Positions 23,612 to 32,461 of a stretch of DNA of 64,000 bases are shown piece after piece. A program made the translations under genes and the position numbers. How positions within the stretch are numbered: the first letter of the stretch is position 1; every line of letters begins with the position of its first letter. Below the pieces are notes generated by a model. It was not told where the DNA came from and made no database searches. It worked only from the letters and a program-made list of their open reading frames with translations. Source of the DNA: Acidimicrobiia bacterium (GTDB lineage: Bacteria > Actinomycetota > Acidimicrobiia > Acidimicrobiales > Bin134); assembly GCA_022826705.1 (NCBI GenBank), contig JAJDUJ010000022.1:44989-108988 (forward strand). The letters are read 5' to 3'.

Positions 23612-24729
23612 CAAAACTCGATGACCTGGCGCACAACCTCGCCGTTGCGCACCGCCTCGAGGGCCGGATTGATCTCGTCAATGGTGATGCGCCGGGTAAT
23701 CATGCGCTCCAAGTCGAGCTTGCCGTTCTTCCACAGCCGCAGCAGTCGGTGGAAGTCGCTGCGCGCATCGGTGCCGCCGTAGTAGGAGCCCACCAGGGTC
23801 TTCTCGTTGTAGAACAACTCGAAGGCGCTGAAGGAGACCATCTCCTCCATGCGGCCCACCCCCACGATGCAGCAGGTGCCGCCCCGACGGGTCATGTCGT
23901 AGGCGGTGCGCATAAGAGCGGGCACACCGACGCACTCCAGGGCGTAGTCGAATCCGTCGCCGCCAGTGATCTCGTTTTTGGCCCCCTCCAGGTCTTCGGG
24001 CAGCACCGCGTGGGTCGCCCCGAAGGAGATGGCCTCGTCGAGCTTGGCCGGGTTCTTGTCCACCGCCACGATCTCGGCCGCCCCGGCGATCCTGGCGCCC
24101 TGAATGGCGGCCACGCCGACCCCTCCGGCGCCGATCACCAGCGCGGAGGAGCCCGGGCTGATTTTGGCCGTGTTCAATGCGGCCCCGGCCCCGGTCATCA
24201 CCCCGCAGCCGATGAGTGAGGCCACGTCCAAGGGGATATCGTCATCGATCTTCACCACTCCTTGGCGGGGCATGAGCATCTTCTCGGCGAACGTGCCCGC
24301 TCCGGCCATGCCGCCGATCTCCTGGCCGCCCTGGGTGAACTTCATCCGGGCCATCTCGCCGAATGTGATGTTGACGCACAGGTTGGGCTGGTGGCGACCC
24401 GTGCAATAGAGGCACTCCCCGCAGGGCGGCGACCACATCACGATCACGTGGTCGCCAGGGGCGAGGTCGCCCACATTGGATCCCACCTCCTCGATGATCC
24501 CCGCGCCCTCGTGGCCGAGCACCGCCGGGGGGGCTTGGGGGATGGTTCCATTCATGGCCGACACATCGGAGTGGCATACCCCGGTGTGAGTGATCTTGAT
24601 GGCTACATCATCGGGGCCCAGATCAAGCATCTCGACGTCGTCGCACACGTCCAGATTGACCTGTCCCACCTCTCGCATAATCGCCGCAAGCATTGAAGGA
24701 TCGTAGGCCGAGCCTGTCTTCCACGACAC
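23611..24729 (-). CDS. zinc-dependent alcohol dehydrogenase (MDR family)
   Basis: GVCHSDVSAMNGTIPQAPPAVLGHEGAGIIEEVG, structural-Zn Cys cluster CGECLYCTGRHQPNLC, and NAD motif ALVIGAGGVG. The true start may be ATG 24693 (MLAAIMREVG). Confidence 0.85.
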   Translation of the reverse strand: MSWKTGSAYDPSMLAAIMREVGQVNLDVCDDVEMLDLGPDDVAIKITHTGVCHSDVSAMNGTIPQAPPAVLGHEGAGIIEEVGSNVGDLAPGDHVIVMWSPPCGECLYCTGRHQPNLCVNITFGEMARMKFTQGGQEIGGMAGAGTFAEKMLMPRQGVVKIDDDIPLDVASLIGCGVMTGAGAALNTAKISPGSSALVIGAGGVGVAAIQGARIAGAAEIVAVDKNPAKLDEAISFGATHAVLPEDLEGAKNEITGGDGFDYALECVGVPALMRTAYDMTRRGGTCCIVGVGRMEEMVSFSAFELFYNEKTLVGSYYGGTDARSDFHRLLRLWKNGKLDLERMITRRITIDEINPALEAVRNGEVVRQVIEF

Positions 24730-24753
24730 ACCTAGCCGCCAAACCGATGGCTA

Positions 24754-25923
24754 GTGTCATCAGCCATGCCGCAGACCATGCCGCTGGACACCGAGGAGTT
24801 GAACCGAATGGTGGAGTTCTGGGACATCTTGGTGTCCGAGAACTCCAAGAAGCGCACCGGCCTCACCTCGGGTCTCATCCCGGTGAGGGAGTACACCGGC
24901 TACTCGGGCATGGAGGCCTGGCTGAGGTGGCCCGACATTCTGGCCCGCTGCGATGAGGTGCTCGATGCCTCCGAGCTGGGGGCCAAGATGCGGGGACCGG
25001 GAACCCAGACCACCAACGCCCACCCCTTCGCCATCGTGTGCATCCCGTTCGGCGGCTGGCGTGCCCTCGAGGAGTTGTCGGCCATGGGGCTCACCACCCA
25101 GGTGGACGACGTGGAAGACCGGGTGCGCTTCCTCATGGACTACTGGATCCGCTGGGTGGAGCCGTGGCGGGGAGACGGCTTCCGCTCGTGCTGGGATGCG
25201 GCCGACACGCTGCGGACTTGCGACCCCGAGATCATAAGCACCCTCTATGAGGCCGCCTGGCCGGTGGACGGTGACGGCGGCAACCGCACGGCGCGACGGT
25301 TTGTGGCCGGACTCCAGCAGTACCTGTTCCTGCTGTACTTGGACACCCGGCTGGGCACGGGCGACACCGGCCCGTACCCGCTGCCCAACGGCCGCCACAT
25401 GATCGTGCGGGAGTTCTCCTCGCTGGCCCAGAGCTGGATCCCGTGGAGCCACGTGGCCGCCGATGTGCCCTATCAGAACCTGGTGGTGGGCCTGGTGTTC
25501 CGGCCCGGCATCCACAACCGGGTGAACGATCTGTCCACCACGTTCTCGGTTCCGGCCGACAACCTGGCCTGGCTGGAAGCCATGTCGGTGTTCGAGCCCC
25601 GCCCCGGCGGGGAGCTGGTGCCGGTGGACCGGGAGGAAATGCCCGAGATCCTGGCCGCGGTCAAGAAGGCGCAGGCCGATGCCTATCGGTTGATGAACAC
25701 GTGGACGTTTGAGGAAAAGGTCCGCAACGGCACCCATGTCTACTTCCGGGGTCTGATGTGGCCGTTCACCAACATGCTGGGCATCGACCACGAGTTCGAT
25801 TGGTCGCTCCCCCACCCCCACACCGCCGAGACGGTGTGGCCCATCTTCGCCGGCGGCCTGCCCGAACAAGAAGACGCTGAAGAGGTCCCCTTCCCCATGT
25901 TCCCCCGACTAGAAAGCGCCTAG
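24754..25923 (+). CDS. hypothetical protein (389 aa, Trp-rich, no recognised domain)
   Basis: Very high third-position GC and natural amino-acid composition in this frame; the 369-aa antisense ORF is Arg/Gly/Pro-rich. It ends 3 nt before the LLM oxidoreductase start. Confidence 0.6.
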   Translation: MSSAMPQTMPLDTEELNRMVEFWDILVSENSKKRTGLTSGLIPVREYTGYSGMEAWLRWPDILARCDEVLDASELGAKMRGPGTQTTNAHPFAIVCIPFGGWRALEELSAMGLTTQVDDVEDRVRFLMDYWIRWVEPWRGDGFRSCWDAADTLRTCDPEIISTLYEAAWPVDGDGGNRTARRFVAGLQQYLFLLYLDTRLGTGDTGPYPLPNGRHMIVREFSSLAQSWIPWSHVAADVPYQNLVVGLVFRPGIHNRVNDLSTTFSVPADNLAWLEAMSVFEPRPGGELVPVDREEMPEILAAVKKAQADAYRLMNTWTFEEKVRNGTHVYFRGLMWPFTNMLGIDHEFDWSLPHPHTAETVWPIFAGGLPEQEDAEEVPFPMFPRLESA

Positions 25924-25926
25924 CCC

Positions 25927-26937
25927 ATGAAAATAGACATGCCGCTATCTGCCGATCTGGCGGGGGTCCGGGCTCAGGCCGAGGCCTACCATGCCATGGG
26001 GGTCGACGGGGTGTTCACTTTCGAGGGCCAGCGCGACGTGTTCTTCCCGCTGCTGGCCGCGGCCGAGCACACCGGCCTCGACCTGTACACCAATGTGGCC
26101 ATCGCCCTGCCCCGCAGCCCGATGCACTTGGCCTACCAGTCGTTCGACCTGCACCGGTTGTCGGACGGGAAGTTCGCCTTGGGCCTGGGATCGCAGATCA
26201 AGCCCCACATCACCAAGCGCTACAGCGCGGTGTGGGACCGGCCGGTGGCCCAGATGCGAGAGCTGATGGCAGCCACCAAGGCCATATTCGCCCGGTGGCA
26301 GGATGGCGATCCCCTCGACTTCAAGGGCGACTACTACACCTTCACGCTCTCCACCCCGATTTTCGAACCCGAGCCGCTGGAGTGGGGAACGCCGCCCATC
26401 TGGGCCGGGGCGCTGGGCCCGAAGATGACCAAGATGGTGGCCGAGACCGCCGACGGCATCTTGATCCACCCGTTCTGCTCCGAGCGCTTCCTGCGCACCA
26501 AAACGCTGCCCGCGGTGGAAGCAGGATTGGGTGCAGCCGGGCGCAGCCGGGACGACTTCACCTTCGGTGTGGGAGTGATCGTGGGGTTGTACGGAGATGA
26601 CGCCGACGAGTCGGAGGCCTGGCGGGTGGAACAGCTCTGCCGCTCCAACCTCGGCTTCTACGGCTCCACTCCGGCCTACCGGGTGGTGCTCGACGCCCAC
26701 GGCTGGGGCGAGCTCCAAGACGAGCTGAACCGCCTCACCAAGCAGGGCCGCTGGGGCGACATCGGCGACGTGTGGGACGACGAGATGGTCCACACCCTCA
26801 GCGTCCAGGGCACCCCCTCTGAAGCCGCCGCCGAGATCAAATCCCGCTTCGGCGGCCTCGCCGACCGCATCCACCTCTCCCTCCACGGCGCCCCCCAACC
26901 CCTAGTCGCCGAACTCTTCGCCGCCCTCAAAGGCTGA
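25927..26937 (+). CDS. luciferase-like monooxygenase (LLM) class, probably F420-dependent oxidoreductase
   Basis: MKIDMPL...GVDGVFTFEGQRDVFFPLLAAAEHT...FALGLGSQIKPHITKRYS, an LLM TIM-barrel pattern. Confidence 0.75.
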   Translation: MKIDMPLSADLAGVRAQAEAYHAMGVDGVFTFEGQRDVFFPLLAAAEHTGLDLYTNVAIALPRSPMHLAYQSFDLHRLSDGKFALGLGSQIKPHITKRYSAVWDRPVAQMRELMAATKAIFARWQDGDPLDFKGDYYTFTLSTPIFEPEPLEWGTPPIWAGALGPKMTKMVAETADGILIHPFCSERFLRTKTLPAVEAGLGAAGRSRDDFTFGVGVIVGLYGDDADESEAWRVEQLCRSNLGFYGSTPAYRVVLDAHGWGELQDELNRLTKQGRWGDIGDVWDDEMVHTLSVQGTPSEAAAEIKSRFGGLADRIHLSLHGAPQPLVAELFAALKG

Positions 26938-26940
26938 AGG

Positions 26941-27765
26941 TCACCCGCCGCTCGGCTCCAGCACGAAGTCGTGGCGGCACTGGCCGCCGCTCATGTCCAC
27001 AACCAGGGAGTTGCGGACACCGAACACGGCGTCGGTGTCGAGGTAGTCGCTTTCCCGGTCGAACAAGTGAGTTATAACCGGCTTGTACCCGGGGGCGGAG
27101 ACCACGAAGTGGACGTGGGCCGGGCGCCAGTTATGGCGGCCGTTGGCGAAAAGCAGCTCCCCGGCTGGCCCGTCGCCAGGAATGGAATAGGCCACGGGGC
27201 GGGTGGTGGCCACTTCGTAGGCGCCGTCAGCGCCGGTGGTGAATAGTCCCCGCATGTTCATCGGCGTCTGCTCGGCATCCTGCACGTCGTAGAGGCCGTT
27301 GGAGGCGGTCTGCCACACGTCGAGCTCTGCGCCGTCAATCGGGTGGCCGACCAGGTCGCGCACGAACCCCTGCATCACCAACGGCCGGTCGCCGGACATC
27401 TGGTCGATCACAATGCTCTCCCCCATCTCCTTGCGAGGGGCACCCTCCACGTGGAACGGGCCGAACACGGTGGGCTCGGTGCTCCCATCGGCGGCAACGT
27501 GGTTGATCATTTCCACCAGCATCGACACGCCCAAAGTGTCGGACAGCAAGATGAACTCCTGGCGCTGCTCGTCACACATCTTGCCGGTTGTCGTCAGAGC
27601 CTCGATGCCGGTGAACCACTCCTGGCGGGTCAGGCCCACTTCCTCCACAAAGGCCAGAAGGTGCCGGATGGCCGCAGTGGTGATCTCGGCCAACCGGGGG
27701 TTGGGCGAGTCTTCATAGCGGGACAGCACATCGGCGAGATGTTCCGCAGGGGTGATGTTGGCCAT
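26941..27765 (-). CDS. intradiol ring-cleavage dioxygenase, hydroxyquinol 1,2-dioxygenase-like
   Basis: N-terminal dioxygenase_N helices (RLAEITTAAIRHLLAFVEEVGLTRQEWF) and Fe site RPAHVHFVVSAPGYKPVITHLF. ATG 27765 is preceded by AGGAGGAACC. The 475-aa track ORF is an extension. Confidence 0.8.
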   Translation of the reverse strand: MANITPAEHLADVLSRYEDSPNPRLAEITTAAIRHLLAFVEEVGLTRQEWFTGIEALTTTGKMCDEQRQEFILLSDTLGVSMLVEMINHVAADGSTEPTVFGPFHVEGAPRKEMGESIVIDQMSGDRPLVMQGFVRDLVGHPIDGAELDVWQTASNGLYDVQDAEQTPMNMRGLFTTGADGAYEVATTRPVAYSIPGDGPAGELLFANGRHNWRPAHVHFVVSAPGYKPVITHLFDRESDYLDTDAVFGVRNSLVVDMSGGQCRHDFVLEPSGG

Positions 27766-27812
27766 GGTTCCTCCTGAGTGGTTCGGTCTTGGTTGGTCGG
27801 CCTCGATGACGG

Positions 27813-28994
27813 CTATGTCGACTCCAGCACCACGGCGATGCCCTGGCCGACGCCGATGCACAGCGTGGCTAGACCCCAGCCGCCAGTCCGCTTGAGCTGG
27901 TGGGCCAGCGTGACCGCGATTCGGGCCCCCGATGCCCCAACGGGGTGGCCGATGGCGATGGCGCCGCCGTTGGGGTTGACGATGCCTTGATCCAGCTCCG
28001 GCCACTGTTTGAGACAGGCCAGGGTTTGGGCCGCGAACGCCTCGTTCAGCTCCACCACCGACAGGTCCGACCACCCGATCCCCGCTCGCTTGAGGGCGGT
28101 TTGGGCCGCTTCCACTGGGCCGATGCCGTACATGTGGGGGTCCACCCCGGAGACGGCCCGGCTGGCCACCCGGGCCAGCGGGGGCCGACCCATCAGCTCC
28201 AAGCCGGCCTCTGAAGCCAGCAGGAGTGCGGCCGCGCCGTCGTTCATCGGCGAGGAGTTTCCTGCGGTGACCGAGCCATCGGTGCGAAACGCCGGCCGCA
28301 GCCGGGCCAGCGCGTCGGCGGTGGTGTTGGGGCGAATGCACTCGTCGGTAGCCAGCTCCGCGCCCCACGGCGACACCACCTCATCGTCGAACTTGCCCGC
28401 CCGCCATGCAGCGGCGGCCTTCTGATGGCTGCGCAGGGCGTAGGCGTCCTGCACCGGCCGGGAGACCTCATAGACGTCGGCCAGGATCTCGGCCCCCTCC
28501 CCCAGCGCCACCGTCCACTGGTCAGGATGGCGAGGGTTGACCAACCGCCACCCCAGCGTGGTGGAGTGCATCTGCTGATGGCCCCGCTCGTAGGGCCGCT
28601 CTGGTTTGGCCACAACCCAGGGAGCCCGGCTCATCGACTCCACTCCGCCGGTGATCACAACGTCGGCATCGCCCACCGCCACCTCTCGGCTGGCCCCGAT
28701 CACCGCCTCCAGGCCCGAGCCGCACAGCCGGTTCTGGGTGACGCCGGGCACCGAGGTGGGCAGTCCGGCCAGCAGTGTCGCCATCCGGGCCACGTTGCGA
28801 TTCTCCTCCCCAGCCCCGTTGCTGTTTCCGAAATACACATCGTCAATCCGGGCCGGATCCAAATCGGGACACCGCTCAACCAGAGCAGCAATCACCCCAC
28901 CAGCCAAGTCGTCGGGCCGGACCCCGGCCAGCCCGCCTCCAATGCGCCCCACCGGAGTCCTCACCGCATCGACCACATACACGTCGCCGGTCAC
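27813..28994 (-). CDS. acetyl-CoA C-acyltransferase (3-oxoadipyl-CoA thiolase-like)
   Basis: Canonical thiolase: NRLCGSGLEAV (nucleophile Cys91), NPNGGAIAIGHPVGASG and CIGVGQGIA. Confidence 0.85.
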   Translation of the reverse strand: MTGDVYVVDAVRTPVGRIGGGLAGVRPDDLAGGVIAALVERCPDLDPARIDDVYFGNSNGAGEENRNVARMATLLAGLPTSVPGVTQNRLCGSGLEAVIGASREVAVGDADVVITGGVESMSRAPWVVAKPERPYERGHQQMHSTTLGWRLVNPRHPDQWTVALGEGAEILADVYEVSRPVQDAYALRSHQKAAAAWRAGKFDDEVVSPWGAELATDECIRPNTTADALARLRPAFRTDGSVTAGNSSPMNDGAAALLLASEAGLELMGRPPLARVASRAVSGVDPHMYGIGPVEAAQTALKRAGIGWSDLSVVELNEAFAAQTLACLKQWPELDQGIVNPNGGAIAIGHPVGASGARIAVTLAHQLKRTGGWGLATLCIGVGQGIAVVLEST

Positions 28995-30058
28995 TGCTCC
29001 CCCTCGGCAGCTGTTTGCGGCTCCGGGTCGCCAACATCAGGCGGTGAGGGGTTGTCGGGCCCTCCGGCCAAGCGCCGACGCACTGGAAAGAACTGGAGCG
29101 GCCGCCATTGCTGGAGCAATCCATAGACGCCCTTGGGGGCCACCGTGGCCATCACCGCGGCGATGCCGCCCAAGATGATGAATCGCCAGGCATCGGCGTC
29201 GCCGAGCTGCTCGTCGATGATCCAGTACACCAGCACGCCGATGATCGGCCCGGTGGTGGATCCGACCCCGCCGATAACCACCATGAAGATCACCAGGGCA
29301 GTCCATCTGGTCACGCTGAACGCTGACCCCGCGGTGGTGGAGGTGGTGTTGAGCAAGATCACCGCTCCAGTGCACCCGGTCCAAAATGCCACCACAACCC
29401 AGGTGATGAGCTGGGCCCGTGCAATGCTCACCCCCAGGCTTCGGGCCCCTCCCTCATTGTCCCGAGCGGCCCGCAATGCCAGCCCTAGCCGACTTCGCAG
29501 CACCAATACGACGATGGCAGTGCCCCCCACCGCCAAACCCAACGCCAGCCAGTACACCGAGTTGGTCCGGGTCTCCAGCGAGTAACCCCCTAGGGATTCC
29601 CGAGTGAGCGCCCTCACATCGCCGCCCCGCAGATCGTTGCTCTCGGTGGTAAGCAACCGCATCACTTCGGCCACCACCCAGGTGCCGATGGCGAAGTAGC
29701 CGCCCCGCAACCGGAAGGCGAACGCCGCCACCGGAACCGACAGCACGGCGGCCACCAGTCCGGCCAGCGGTATAGCCACGTACGGGTCCACGCCCCCTAC
29801 CTCGGCCATCTGGAGCATGCCGTAAACCCCGATGCCCACGAACATCTGCTGGCCGATGGAGACCAGCCCCGCGAAGCCGGCCAGCAGGTTCCACATTTGG
29901 GCCAGCGCCAAGTAGTACAAGATTGCCACCAGCGGCGTTTGAAGGCTGCCGTCGGAATCCCACCATGGCAGCGTGCCCAGCACCACCACCAGCGCGCCGA
30001 AGCCGATCAGTCCGACGGTGGACTCCGGCGTGCTTCGGGAGATGCGATAGCCCTTCAT
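28991..30058 (-). CDS. branched-chain-amino-acid-type (HAAT) ABC transporter permease, LivM-like
   Basis: Multi-TM permease sequence. 4-nt overlaps with both neighbours. Confidence 0.85.
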   Translation of the reverse strand: MKGYRISRSTPESTVGLIGFGALVVVLGTLPWWDSDGSLQTPLVAILYYLALAQMWNLLAGFAGLVSIGQQMFVGIGVYGMLQMAEVGGVDPYVAIPLAGLVAAVLSVPVAAFAFRLRGGYFAIGTWVVAEVMRLLTTESNDLRGGDVRALTRESLGGYSLETRTNSVYWLALGLAVGGTAIVVLVLRSRLGLALRAARDNEGGARSLGVSIARAQLITWVVVAFWTGCTGAVILLNTTSTTAGSAFSVTRWTALVIFMVVIGGVGSTTGPIIGVLVYWIIDEQLGDADAWRFIILGGIAAVMATVAPKGVYGLLQQWRPLQFFPVRRRLAGGPDNPSPPDVGDPEPQTAAEGEQ

Positions 30059-30933
30059 CCTCGGCCCCTTCCCAAGAGGCCCGAGGGCCGCACCGCCAGC
30101 ACCACCAAGAAGATCAGGTGGCCGAATAACGGCCCAGACAGCACGTTGAACTCCACATCAACCTGGTTGCCCACCGTCTGGGCCACTCCCAGGATGATGC
30201 CGCCCAGCAGCGTTCCCCACAGAGAGCCCAAACCGCCGATCACCACTGCCTCGAAGGCGAATATGAGCTGAGCTGGCCCGTCGGTGGGGCCGAACGTCTG
30301 GCGGATGCCCAAGAAGAGCCCAGCCACGGCCACCGTGGCGAAGGCGATGGCCATTACCACCGCATAGATGTTGCGATCGTTGATGCCCATGAGCCGGGCA
30401 GTGGAGGGATCATCTGCGGTGGCCCGGAAGGCCCGGCCCATCCTGGTGAACGACAAGAAGAGTTGCAGCCCCACCAGCACCACCACGGCCACCCCCAGAA
30501 TCAGGACCGGGAACCAGCCCACCGCGATGTCGTCGGTGAACTCGATGCTGCGGGTCTCGAATGTCCCGATGTCGAGGCCCTGGGAATCGGCTGAGTAGCG
30601 CTCCAGCAAGGCGTTTTGAATCACCACGGCCAGCCCGAAGGTCACCAGGATGGACGGCAAGGGGTCGGTGCCGATCGACCAGTTGAACCCGAACCGCTGG
30701 ATCACATAGCCGCCCAGCGCCATGATCGGCACCACCAGAGCCATGGTCACAAATGGGTTGACTTCCAGCGTCGCGGAGAAAGACACGGCCAAAAAAGCAG
30801 CCAAGATGGCCAGGTCTCCGTGAGCCAGGTTGACGAAGCGCATCACCCCGAAGGCCAGCGACAGCCCCGTCGCAAAGAGCGCGAACAGCCCGCCCAACAA
30901 GATGCCCTGGACGATGGCGTTGACCCACTCCAT
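30055..30933 (-). CDS. HAAT ABC transporter permease, LivH-like
   Basis: MEWVNAIVQGILLGGLFALFATGLSLAFGVMRFVNLAHGD. ATG 30933 overlaps the upstream stop (ATGA). Confidence 0.85.
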   Translation of the reverse strand: MEWVNAIVQGILLGGLFALFATGLSLAFGVMRFVNLAHGDLAILAAFLAVSFSATLEVNPFVTMALVVPIMALGGYVIQRFGFNWSIGTDPLPSILVTFGLAVVIQNALLERYSADSQGLDIGTFETRSIEFTDDIAVGWFPVLILGVAVVVLVGLQLFLSFTRMGRAFRATADDPSTARLMGINDRNIYAVVMAIAFATVAVAGLFLGIRQTFGPTDGPAQLIFAFEAVVIGGLGSLWGTLLGGIILGVAQTVGNQVDVEFNVLSGPLFGHLIFLVVLAVRPSGLLGRGRG

Positions 30934-31673
30934 CAGCCCTGGCCCTCGTTTGAACCGGCTTCGGTGCGGTGGCCCATTCCGAAGTAGGCCGCCGTGATAT
31001 CGGCGCGGTCCAGACCGGCCGACGGCCCTTCCAGCGACACCCGTCCCTCCAGCAGGCACACCACTTGGTCAGCCACTGACATGGCCTGGCCGATGTCCTG
31101 CTCGACCACGAGGGCGGTAGCACCATGGGCGGTGATCTGGGGCAGCGCGGCATAGAGCTGCCGCACGACCACCGGGGCCAGGCCAAGCGATACCTCGTCG
31201 AGCAGGATCAGCCGAGGATTGGCCATGAGCGCTCGACCGATGGCCACCGCCTGTTGCTCACCGCCTGACAGCACGGCTGACGGTCGGCCCAGCAGAGGCG
31301 CAAGCAGGGGGAACACCTCCACCACCCGCTCCACCGTCCAGGGCCCGGGACGACGACCGTGGCCTCCCACCAACAAGTTCTCCCGCACGTTGAGGCTGGG
31401 GAACAGCAACCGGCCCTCGGGCACCATGGTGATGCCTTCTGCCACCCGCCTGTGAGCCGGAACCGAGAGCAGGTTCTGCCCGTCGAATCGAATCGATCCC
31501 GACCACGTGGGAACCAACCCGGTGATGGCCCGCAGCAAAGTGGTCTTACCCGCGCCGTTGGCCCCGATCACCGCTAAGGTCTCCCCCTCGTTCACGGTGA
31601 TCGAGATGTCGTACAGCGCTCGGAAATCGCCGTATCCCGACGAGAGCTCCGACACTTCGAGCAGCGGACTCAC
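30933..31673 (-). CDS. HAAT ABC transporter ATPase, LivF-like
   Basis: Walker A GANGAGKTT, signature LSGGEQQ and Walker B LILLDE. Confidence 0.9.
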   Translation of the reverse strand: MSPLLEVSELSSGYGDFRALYDISITVNEGETLAVIGANGAGKTTLLRAITGLVPTWSGSIRFDGQNLLSVPAHRRVAEGITMVPEGRLLFPSLNVRENLLVGGHGRRPGPWTVERVVEVFPLLAPLLGRPSAVLSGGEQQAVAIGRALMANPRLILLDEVSLGLAPVVVRQLYAALPQITAHGATALVVEQDIGQAMSVADQVVCLLEGRVSLEGPSAGLDRADITAAYFGMGHRTEAGSNEGQG

Positions 31674-32398
31674 TCCGGCTCCACCCCCATGTACACCTCC
31701 TGCACCTCGGGGCTGGCCATGACCGTCTCCGGATCACCCTCGGCGATCTTCACCCCGAAGCTCATGGCCATGATCCGGTCCACCACTCGCAGCAAAGCGT
31801 GGACGATGTGCTCAATCCACACGATGGTGACTCCCTCGGCGTGAATGGACCGGATCGTTTCCACCAGCTCGTCCACCTCGCCCTCGGTGAGGCCCCCAGC
31901 AATCTCGTCGAGCAGCAGGATGGTCGGCTCGGTAGAAAGGGCCCGGGCCAACTCCAGCCGCTTGCGTCCCAAGAGCGGCAGCGATCCGGCGGTGCGGTTG
32001 GCATCGGCCAACATGCCAGCCCGTTCCAGCGATGACACCACAATGTCCACCGCATCGGCCTCCCGGCGGGGCACACCGGCACCGAACACCGCTCCCACCA
32101 GCACGTTCTCGAACACGGTCATTCCCTCGAACGGCCGGGGGATCTGCGAGGTGCGGGCAATGCCCATTCGGCAGCGGACCTCAGCGGGAGTCCGGGTGAC
32201 GTCCTCCCCTTGAAACAGCACTCGTCCCTCGTCGGGTGACAAGTCACCGGCCAGCAGGTTGAGCATGGTGGTTTTGCCCGCGCCGTTGGGGCCCACGACG
32301 CCAAGCGCGTCGCCGGTTTCCACCGACAGCGACAGGTCGTCGATCACCTTCACCCCGAAGGACTTGACCAGACCTTCAACGGCTAAGAGCGCTGACAC
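31670..32398 (-). CDS. HAAT ABC transporter ATPase, LivG-like
   Basis: Walker A GPNGAGKTT and Walker B ILLLDEIAGG. Confidence 0.9.
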   Translation of the reverse strand: MSALLAVEGLVKSFGVKVIDDLSLSVETGDALGVVGPNGAGKTTMLNLLAGDLSPDEGRVLFQGEDVTRTPAEVRCRMGIARTSQIPRPFEGMTVFENVLVGAVFGAGVPRREADAVDIVVSSLERAGMLADANRTAGSLPLLGRKRLELARALSTEPTILLLDEIAGGLTEGEVDELVETIRSIHAEGVTIVWIEHIVHALLRVVDRIMAMSFGVKIAEGDPETVMASPEVQEVYMGVEPE

Positions 32399-32461
32399 CT
32401 CAGCTCACCCCCTACCGACCGCAAGCCGACCGCTGGGACAGGCCTTCTGCGTCCGCTTCGA

